DNA of 64,000 nt from Bacillota bacterium. Lineage in GTDB: Bacteria > Bacillota > Clostridia > Oscillospirales > Acutalibacteraceae. Of the stretch, positions 57,807-64,000 are shown one piece after another. The notes under the pieces were generated by a model that was not told the DNA's origin, made no database searches, and saw only the letters and a program-made list of their open reading frames with translations. Made by a program: the position numbers and the translations under genes. The stretch is taken from the NCBI GenBank assembly GCA_029008595.1, contig JAQXJH010000106.1, positions 8,957 to 72,956 of the forward strand. The letters are read 5' to 3'. The stretch's first letter is position 1; each line of letters starts with the position of its first letter.

Positions 57807-57864
57807 GCCCGCCGTTCTGCCTCACCGCATGATCGCCGGAAGCATCTGAGAAAGGGGCTGTGGT

Positions 57865-58590
57865 ATGAGAGTTCATTCCGTGGAATCGCTGGCCGCGCTG
57901 GACGGCGAAGGACTTCGCTATGCCGTTTTCCTCAACGGATGCCCGTTGCGCTGCATTTACTGTCACAATCCGGATACCTGGAACCCCTGCGCGGGACAGG
58001 AAAAAACACCGGACGAGCTGTTTGCAAAAATCCGCCGCTGCCTTCCGTATTTCAAAGCAGGCAACGGCGGCGTAACATTCAGCGGCGGGGAACCTCTGCT
58101 GCAGGCGGAGGGGATCAACGCCCTCGCCGCGCTGCTCCGGACAGAGCACATTGGCTATACGATCGATACCTGCGGCTGCGTTCCCCTTTCGGCCGCCGTC
58201 CGCACAGCAGTAAAAAACGCCGATCTGGTCATCTGTGATCTCAAGTTTCCGGAGGAAGACAGCTTTCGCCTTTATACCGGCGGAACGCTGCAGACTGTGC
58301 TCGATTTTCTGGACTATCTGCGCCGGATCGGACAGCGGACCTGGATCCGCACCGTTGTCGTTCCGGGAATCAACGACAGCACCGCATGGCTGGACCGCTA
58401 TCTTGAGGTGCTGCGGCCGTTTAGCGTCGTGATCGAAAAATATCAGCTGCTGGGGTACCACACCATGGGGGCTTTCAAATACAAAAAGCTTGGCATCCCG
58501 AACCCGCTCAGCAGCTGCCCGGCGATGGATCCGCAGCGGCTGCAGGCATTGCAGGAATATGTTGACCAAGCGATACCCGGCCAAAAATAA
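57865..58590 (+). CDS. pflA: Pyruvate formate-lyase activating enzyme (radical SAM)
   Basis: CPLRCIYCHN CxxxCxxC motif and GGVTFSGGEP, 241 aa. Immediately downstream of pflB. Confidence 0.93.
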   Translation: MRVHSVESLAALDGEGLRYAVFLNGCPLRCIYCHNPDTWNPCAGQEKTPDELFAKIRRCLPYFKAGNGGVTFSGGEPLLQAEGINALAALLRTEHIGYTIDTCGCVPLSAAVRTAVKNADLVICDLKFPEEDSFRLYTGGTLQTVLDFLDYLRRIGQRTWIRTVVVPGINDSTAWLDRYLEVLRPFSVVIEKYQLLGYHTMGAFKYKKLGIPNPLSSCPAMDPQRLQALQEYVDQAIPGQK

Positions 58591-58599
58591 ACTGAAAAA

Positions 58600-58642
58600 A
58601 CGAACCGTCTGCAGAAAATCGCTGCGGACGGTTCGTCTTTTG
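58600..58642 (+). terminator. Intrinsic terminator after pflA
   Basis: ACGAACCGTC...GACGGTTCGT stem followed by CTTTTG. Confidence 0.75.
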
Positions 58643-58674
58643 TATATTTCTGTTTTATATTCCTCTCCGTTGAT

Positions 58675-59583
58675 TCAGCCGCCGAACAGCTGCGTCCAGT
58701 ACAGAAGCCCGTTGCTGCCGCGGTAACAACCGACGCCGATCTCCGTAAAACCGGCGCCTAAAATATTGGCGCGGTGTCCCGAAGAATTCATCCATGCTTC
58801 CATCACAGCCTCTGCCGAGGAATAGCCGTAAGCAATGTTTTCGCCCACGGTGCTGAATCCTGCCCGGAATGCCAACTGATACCCATACTCGCCGTTCGGG
58901 CGCTCGTGCGAAAATTTTGTAACGATCTCCCGGCTTCTGATCTGGGCGCCTTCCATCAGCTCCGTATTCACGCGCAAAGCGGAAAGTCCCTGTCTGGCGC
59001 GCTCCTGATTGACCAGATCGATCACCTGCCGCGCCATCTGCATCAGATCGCTTTCCTCCGTCGGAACGGAAGCGGAGGAAGGGCTGCCGTTTTCTGAAGC
59101 TGCCGGCGTGCTGCTCTGCGGCATTGCCGAGCTGACTGCGGGCGTACTGCTCTGGGGAAGCGTCGAGCTGGCTGCGGGCGCGCTGCTCTGCGGCACTGCC
59201 GGGCTGGCTGCGGACGAACTGCTCTGCGGCATTGCCGAGCTGGCTGCAGGAGTGCTGCTTTGCGGCACCGACGAACCAGCTGCGGGAGTGCTGCTTTGCG
59301 GCATCGACGAACCGGCTGCGGGCGCGCTGCTTACTGCGGAATCTTCTTCGTCTTTCTTGTCACCGGCAGAAGGTTTTTCCTCCCGCTCGGTTTCGGATGA
59401 AAGCTCCGATCCGCCGGATATGCTTTCCTGGTCGGACGTTTCCGGGATGCTTGTCTCCACGGCGCTTTCTGCCGGACGGCTCACCGGCCCGGAGGTCTGC
59501 CCCTGCGGCGCAGCACAGCCGGCCAAAAAGAATACAAAAATCACTGCTGCGGCCCAACTTTTTATTCCGGAAAACCGTTCCAC
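58675..59583 (-). CDS. CAP/SCP (YkwD-like) domain lipoprotein with Ser/Pro/Ala-rich tandem-repeat linker
   Basis: Lipobox FLAGCAA. C-terminal CAP domain (GENIAYGYSSAEAVMEAWMNSSGHRANIL). Six and a half 12-aa repeats. Confidence 0.85.
   Translation of the reverse strand: MERFSGIKSWAAAVIFVFFLAGCAAPQGQTSGPVSRPAESAVETSIPETSDQESISGGSELSSETEREEKPSAGDKKDEEDSAVSSAPAAGSSMPQSSTPAAGSSVPQSSTPAASSAMPQSSSSAASPAVPQSSAPAASSTLPQSSTPAVSSAMPQSSTPAASENGSPSSASVPTEESDLMQMARQVIDLVNQERARQGLSALRVNTELMEGAQIRSREIVTKFSHERPNGEYGYQLAFRAGFSTVGENIAYGYSSAEAVMEAWMNSSGHRANILGAGFTEIGVGCYRGSNGLLYWTQLFGG
59098..59322. repeat. Imperfect 36-bp tandem repeats (about 6.5 copies) inside the CAP-domain gene
   Basis: They encode PAAGSSMPQSST / PAAGSSVPQSST / PAASSAMPQSSS / SAASPAVPQSSA / PAASSTLPQSST / PAVSSAMPQSST. 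Confidence 0.9.
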
Positions 59584-59638
59584 TCTGCCTCATCCTTTCC
59601 TGACCTGCCGATCGACCGATCATGCGCATTGCATGGCT

Positions 59639-59667
59639 ATCATAACAAATTCCGTCTTATAATGCAA
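59639..59667 (-). promoter_or_regulatory. Sigma-A type promoter of the CAP-domain gene
   Basis: Minus strand TTGCAT (59667-59662), 17-nt spacer, TATGAT (59644-59639). Confidence 0.55.
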
Positions 59668-59712
59668 GAATATTTGTCGAATGACCGCAGCTGTGTTCCG
59701 GTCACGTCCTAC

Positions 59713-59752
59713 GAAAAAAGCGTTCCGCCCGGAAACCCGAACGGAACGCTTT
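59713..59752 (-). terminator. Intrinsic terminator after cstA
   Basis: Minus strand AAGCGTTCCG...CGGAACGCTT hairpin followed by TTTTTCG. Confidence 0.75.
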
Positions 59753-59779
59753 GAAGTTTCGGAAATTCTCAGCCGCTGA

Positions 59780-61519
59780 TCAGACAGCCTGCGGAACCTC
59801 TTCTTCTTTTTTCGCAAGGAGCTTGCCGATGCCCTGAATGGCAACGACCACACCGAGAGCAAGCAGCAGCGCCGCAAAGACCAACTGCAGCAGAGCGCCC
59901 CACGCCGTCATCACCGTCTTGCCGTCGACGACCTGAGTCACACCGGCGACCCACGCATAGGTGGTGCCGAGCTTGGACGCCAGCCCAATGATCTGCATGG
60001 TCAGCGCCGTACCGGTAACGGCCAGCATGATGACCATCGGCACCCACAGCATCCAGCCCTGACGCTTGGTGCGCTTGAGGTACACCGCGCAGGCCAGCAG
60101 TGCCAGAGCGCTGAGCAGCTGGTTGGCAGAACCGAAGAGCGGCCAGATCGCAGCATAACCGGCTTTTGCCAGCGCATACGCCAGAACCAGCGTGATCCCG
60201 GTTGCAAAATACTTGTTGGTCAGCACCTTGCGCCAGCCCTTGATATCCTCATCCTTGATACTTTCGTCAAGGAACAGCTCCTGGAAGCTCAGGCGGCCGA
60301 CACGGGCGACGCTGTCCAGACTGGTGAGCGCAAAGGCGGAAACAGCCAGGTTGATCAGCGTAAAGACCACATTATGCGGCAGACCGACAACCGTCAGGAA
60401 GTTCGCCACACCGCCGGCAAACACCAGAGAAGGCGTTGTGTATCCGGCTTCTGCAGCGGCACCGGTAGCAAAGCTTGCAGCCGCGATCAGCGCGACCACT
60501 GCGAGCATGCTCTCCAGCAGCATGGCGCCGAAGGAAACCGGAAGCATATTCTTTTCATTCTTGATCTGCTTGGACGCAGTACCGGAGGAAACCAGCGAAT
60601 GGAAACCGGAAACAGCGCCGCAGGCGATGGTAACGAACAGGATCGGGAACAGGCTGCCGGTTCCTTCCACATTGAACGAAGTGAACGCCGGCAGATTTAC
60701 CGACGGATTGGCAACGACAATACCGACGACCGCCGCCAGGATCATTGCCACCAGCAGATAGCTGTTCAGATAGTCGCGCGGCTGCAGCAGCGCCCAGACC
60801 GGCGTGATCGATGCGATCAGAATGTACACGAAAATAACAAGATGCCACACGCTTCCCGCAATGAAGACCGGCACATTGAGTCCGATGGCGATCGCAGCGA
60901 TCAGAAACACGATCGCAATAACGGTGTTCAGCCATTTCGGGAGTTTTGCATAGCGGAGAATAAAGCCGAGCGCCACCGCAAAGCCGATAAACAGCATGGA
61001 GGTGGTTGCAACGGAGCCGTTGGCAATATTGACCGAATCGGCATTGCCGACACCGTTAAAGGTTTTCGCCACAACATCCGCAAACGCTGCAACGACCAGA
61101 ATGCAGAACAGCCAGCAGAACAGCAGGAAAAGCTTCTTGCCGGTCTTGCCGATGTAGCGTTCGATAATATAGCCGATGGAACGGCCTTTGTTTTTCACCG
61201 AGGCATACATGGCAACAAAGTCCTGCACTGCGCCGAAGAAAACGCCGCCGATCAGGATCCAGAGCAACACCGGCACCCAGCCGAAAACCGCCGCCTGAAT
61301 CGGCCCGTTGATCGGGCCTGCACCCGCAATTGAAGCAAACTGGTGCCCGAACACCACGTTGGTGTCGGCAGGAACGTAGTCCACACCGTCCTCCATCTCG
61401 TAGGCAGGTGTTTTTGCATTGGGGTCGATCCCCCATTTTTTTGCAAGCCACCGGCCATAGATCAGGTAGGCGCCGCCCAGAACGACAATTGCGATCAACA
61501 TCATTGTCAATCCGTTCAT
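59780..61519 (-). CDS. cstA: Carbon starvation protein A (peptide/pyruvate transporter family)
   Basis: About 579-aa polytopic protein with the conserved CstA N-terminus (YGRWLAKKWGIDP...FGHQFASIAGAGPINGPI). Start at MNGLTMM behind AAGGAAAGG. Confidence 0.9.
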   Translation of the reverse strand: MNGLTMMLIAIVVLGGAYLIYGRWLAKKWGIDPNAKTPAYEMEDGVDYVPADTNVVFGHQFASIAGAGPINGPIQAAVFGWVPVLLWILIGGVFFGAVQDFVAMYASVKNKGRSIGYIIERYIGKTGKKLFLLFCWLFCILVVAAFADVVAKTFNGVGNADSVNIANGSVATTSMLFIGFAVALGFILRYAKLPKWLNTVIAIVFLIAAIAIGLNVPVFIAGSVWHLVIFVYILIASITPVWALLQPRDYLNSYLLVAMILAAVVGIVVANPSVNLPAFTSFNVEGTGSLFPILFVTIACGAVSGFHSLVSSGTASKQIKNEKNMLPVSFGAMLLESMLAVVALIAAASFATGAAAEAGYTTPSLVFAGGVANFLTVVGLPHNVVFTLINLAVSAFALTSLDSVARVGRLSFQELFLDESIKDEDIKGWRKVLTNKYFATGITLVLAYALAKAGYAAIWPLFGSANQLLSALALLACAVYLKRTKRQGWMLWVPMVIMLAVTGTALTMQIIGLASKLGTTYAWVAGVTQVVDGKTVMTAWGALLQLVFAALLLALGVVVAIQGIGKLLAKKEEEVPQAV

Positions 61520-61599
61520 TTTGATCCGACCTTTCCTTGGAAAGCCTTGCCCGGCAGAAGCTTCGCCGCCCTGCCGCATCCTGCTTTCTCATTTTTTTC

Positions 61600-61628
61600 A
61601 TCTTATCACTGTGCCCAAGTAAAGTCAA
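61600..61628 (-). promoter_or_regulatory. Sigma-A type promoter of cstA
   Basis: Minus strand TTGACT (61628-61623), 17-nt spacer, TAAGAT (61605-61600). Confidence 0.55.
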
Positions 61629-61771
61629 TTCAATATTGTATGATTGATTGAAATTCAGAAGATGCGACAAATTCCGCAAGAAATTTTAAGAAATTGTTGC
61701 TCAATTATGAACGACTTGAACAACGGTTTCCTTCGCGCTGCGGCTGTCCGGTAATTTTCCAAAGATTTGGC

Positions 61772-61800
61772 TTTACTTTCTCTTTTCTCTGTGCTATAAT
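61772..61800 (+). promoter_or_regulatory. Promoter of the cold-shock protein gene
   Basis: TTTACT (61772-61777), 17-nt spacer, TGcTATAAT with TATAAT at 61795-61800. Confidence 0.55.
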
Positions 61801-61926
61801 CATTTTACATCCAAATCGACAGTTTGAACTCACATTTTTGTAGGTCATAGTTCTGTCTATGATTTGCAGCTATGTGAGTTTTTTATTGCAGTCACGGGTG
61901 AATTTATAATTGGAGGTACCTGTAAG

Positions 61927-62136
61927 ATGAACGGTACGGTAAAATGGTTTAACGAGAGCAAGGGCTACGGCTTCATTTCCAACGACGAAGGCGGCGAAGA
62001 TGTTTTTGTGCATTTCTCCGCGATCCAGACGGAGGGCTTCAAGACTCTGGCGGAAGGCCAGAAGGTCACCTTTGAAACCGAGCCGGATCCCAAGAACAGC
62101 GCAAAGCTGAGAGCCGTCAACGTTTGCCCGCTGTAA
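61927..62136 (+). CDS. csp: Cold-shock protein (CspA family)
   Basis: [20 protein letters not shown]1 motif and [11 protein letters not shown]2 motif, 69 aa. GGAGG RBS. The track ORF start at 61864 was trimmed. Confidence 0.95.
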   Translation: MNGTVKWFNESKGYGFISNDEGGEDVFVHFSAIQTEGFKTLAEGQKVTFETEPDPKNSAKLRAVNVCPL

Positions 62137-62150
62137 TTTCTTCCTCAGGC

Positions 62151-62194
62151 AAAAGACCGTTCTGCCATGCTGCAGGGCGGTCTTTTTCTGTTTT
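62151..62194 (+). terminator. Intrinsic terminator after csp
   Basis: AAAGACCG...CGGTCTTT stem followed by TTCTGTTTT. Confidence 0.75.
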
Positions 62195-62325
62195 CGCGGA
62201 AAATTGCCGCGCCGGTTCTTGAGATTCCATAGAGAGTATGATACAATAATCCGGTATTCATTTCAGAAAGATTTTGCCGTCCGGGCTGCCCGGTGCGGCT
62301 TTTTTGCAGAAGGGAGAAGCGCCGC

Positions 62326-63963
62326 GTGCTCAGAAAGAACGACCTTGCGGAACTGACCATTACCGGGATGACAGCCGAGGGCAGCGGCGTCGGCCGTGTG
62401 GACGGCGCTGCCGTTTTTGTGGCGGCGTCGGCTCCGGGGGACCGGCTGCTTGTCCGCATTATCAAGGTATCGAAAAATTATGCGGTCGGCCGCGTGGAAA
62501 AGATCCTGCAGCCGTCTCCCGCGCGGATCGGAGTGGACTGCAGCGTATCCCGGCCGTGCGGCGGCTGCGTTTACCGCCATCTGGATTATGCGGAGGAGTG
62601 CCGCATCAAGCAGCAGAAGGTGCAGGACGCGCTGCAGCGCATCGGCGGTCTGACCGGGTTTGCCGTGGAACCGATCGTTGCCGCAGCGGAAACCGACCGT
62701 TACCGCAACAAAGCGCAGCTGCCGGTCGGAACGGGCGCAGACGGAAAGCTCTGCACCGGTTTTTTTGCGCAGCGCAGCCACAGGATCGTTTCCTGCACGG
62801 ACTGCCTGCTGCAGCCGAAGGAGTTTTCGGTCATCACGGAATCCTTTCTCAACTGGGCGCAGCAGCGCGGACTTTCGGCGTACGACGAACAGACCCACAA
62901 AGGCGTTCTGCGTCATCTCTGCCTGCGCCAGGCGCGCGCAACGGGCGAACTCATGGTCTGCATCGTGTGCAACGCCGATTCTCTGCCGGGAGAACAGGAG
63001 CTTGCCGCGTGTCTGACGGCAGATGTGCCGCAGATCAGAAGCATTGTGCTGAATGTGAACCGGGAACGCACGAATGTGATCCTTGGCGAACACTGCCGCA
63101 CCATCTGGGGGCAGGATACGATCACCGACAGGCTCGGCGGCGTTTCGTTCCGCATTTCCCCGCTTTCGTTTTATCAGGTCAATCACGACCAGACCGAACG
63201 GCTGTATTCCATCGCCCGGCAGGAGGCGGCGCTGACCGGCCGGGAGCTGCTGCTTGACCTTTACTGCGGAACGGGAACGATCGGGCTGTTTATGGCCTCC
63301 GCTGCGCGGCGTGTCATCGGCGTCGAGATCGTGGCGCAGGCGGTGGAGGACGCAAAACAGAACGCAGCCCGCAACGGCATCGGAAATGCCGAATTTCTTT
63401 GCGCCGATGCGGCCGAAGCGGCACAGACGCTTGCCCGCAGAGGCGAATCGCCGGACGTTGTGGTGGTTGATCCGCCCCGCAAGGGCTGCAGCGCCGACCT
63501 GCTGCATACCGTTGCGGAACAGATGCAGCCACAGCGCATCGTTTATGTCTCGTGCGACCCGGCTACCCTTGCGCGCGACGTCAGGCTGCTCGGCGAAATG
63601 GGTTACCGGCTCTGCCGCGCAACCCCTGTTGACCTTTTCCCCCGCACCTGCCACGTTGAAACGGTATGTTTATTGTCCAAACTTAATACAAAGCAACATA
63701 TCGAGATTGATCTGGATATGGATGAGCTGGATTTGACCGATGCGGAGAAGAAAGCCACCTATCAGGAAATCAAGGATTATGTGCTGAAAGAATTTGGCTT
63801 AAAGGTTTCAACTTTATATATTTCTCAGGTCAAACGGAAGTACGGCATCGAAGTCGGGGAGCATTACAATATCTCTCAAAAAGAAAACCAGAAAGTGCCG
63901 CAATGTCCGAAAGAAAAGGAAGATGCTATCCGTGCTGCTCTTGAACATTTTGCAATGATCTGA
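62326..63963 (+). CDS. rlmD: 23S rRNA (uracil-C5)-methyltransferase RlmD/RumA with a foreign-looking AT-rich C-terminal tail
   Basis: TRAM domain and Fe-S Cys cluster (C...CGGC). SAM motifs (DLYCGTGTIG, DPPRKG) and the conserved end VDLFPRTCHVETV. The frame then continues about 95 codons into low-GC DNA. GTG 62326 lies behind AGGGAGAAG. Confidence 0.85.
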   Translation: MLRKNDLAELTITGMTAEGSGVGRVDGAAVFVAASAPGDRLLVRIIKVSKNYAVGRVEKILQPSPARIGVDCSVSRPCGGCVYRHLDYAEECRIKQQKVQDALQRIGGLTGFAVEPIVAAAETDRYRNKAQLPVGTGADGKLCTGFFAQRSHRIVSCTDCLLQPKEFSVITESFLNWAQQRGLSAYDEQTHKGVLRHLCLRQARATGELMVCIVCNADSLPGEQELAACLTADVPQIRSIVLNVNRERTNVILGEHCRTIWGQDTITDRLGGVSFRISPLSFYQVNHDQTERLYSIARQEAALTGRELLLDLYCGTGTIGLFMASAARRVIGVEIVAQAVEDAKQNAARNGIGNAEFLCADAAEAAQTLARRGESPDVVVVDPPRKGCSADLLHTVAEQMQPQRIVYVSCDPATLARDVRLLGEMGYRLCRATPVDLFPRTCHVETVCLLSKLNTKQHIEIDLDMDELDLTDAEKKATYQEIKDYVLKEFGLKVSTLYISQVKRKYGIEVGEHYNISQKENQKVPQCPKEKEDAIRAALEHFAMI

Positions 63964-64000
63964 AGGTCATTGCTGATTTCAAGGAGGAATAGCATATAAA
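63665..64000. mobile_element. Probable edge of an integrated mobile element (low-GC DNA fused to the rlmD 3' end), truncated by the window
   Basis: The sequence changes sharply from GC-rich to AT-rich around 63660-63670. The rlmD frame is extended. A new AAGGAGGAA RBS sits at 63981-63989 for a gene beyond the window. Confidence 0.5.

Noticed and set aside
61520-61600. Multiple GGA motifs (AAGGAAAGGTCGGA) around the cstA RBS as a CsrA binding site, by analogy with E. coli cstA
   Set aside because: The GGA triplets are part of an ordinary purine-rich Shine-Dalgarno. Without a hairpin-loop presentation or knowledge of CsrA targets in this lineage, the inference is too weak.

Overview
GC-rich (about 60% by eye) chromosomal segment from a spore-forming Firmicute of the Clostridia type. 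Supporting evidence: an L21-Prp-L27 operon with an L27 propeptide, a GerA-family gene, archaeal-type ProRS, and pfl behind a ZTP riboswitch. Coding density is high and most genes are housekeeping. In order, the window holds: a polar amino acid ABC transporter; FMN-riboswitch-controlled ribU; an rRNA methyltransferase; rplU-prp-rpmA-obg-mrnC; a CUT1-type sugar uptake locus with a membrane-anchored AraC-type regulator; cell-wall and spore-related genes; proS; an oadB/oadG pair; acpP; an almost complete aromatic amino acid supercluster (aroE-aroK, then aroF-tyrA-aroB-aroA-aroC-pheA); prfB; a roughly 14-kb orphan catabolic island; pflB-pflA; a CAP-domain lipoprotein; cstA; csp; and rlmD. I saw no rRNA, tRNA or CRISPR array. 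The items most worth follow-up are these. (1) A 37-codon Phe/Tyr/Trp-rich leader ORF plus an intrinsic terminator in front of the aroF operon, which looks like a ribosome-mediated attenuator and would be unusual for Firmicutes. (2) The orphan catabolic island at 39-55 kb, which combines ABC uptake, an AraA-like isomerase, an FGGY kinase, a class-III aminotransferase, an amidohydrolase, three dehydrogenases and two regulators. (3) A (TA)10 tract forming the spacer of a TTGACA/TATAAT promoter upstream of a lipoprotein gene, a candidate phase-variation switch. (4) An unannotated 43-codon Asn/Gln-rich ORF with a forespore-type promoter. (5) An abrupt GC drop inside the 3' end of rlmD that looks like the junction of an integrated mobile element running off the window. 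All calls come from reading the sequence and translated ORFs by eye and from remembered family motifs. No alignments, RNA folding or database searches were run. Start codons were refined by in-frame RBS inspection. The many long antisense ORFs in the track are treated as high-GC artefacts.
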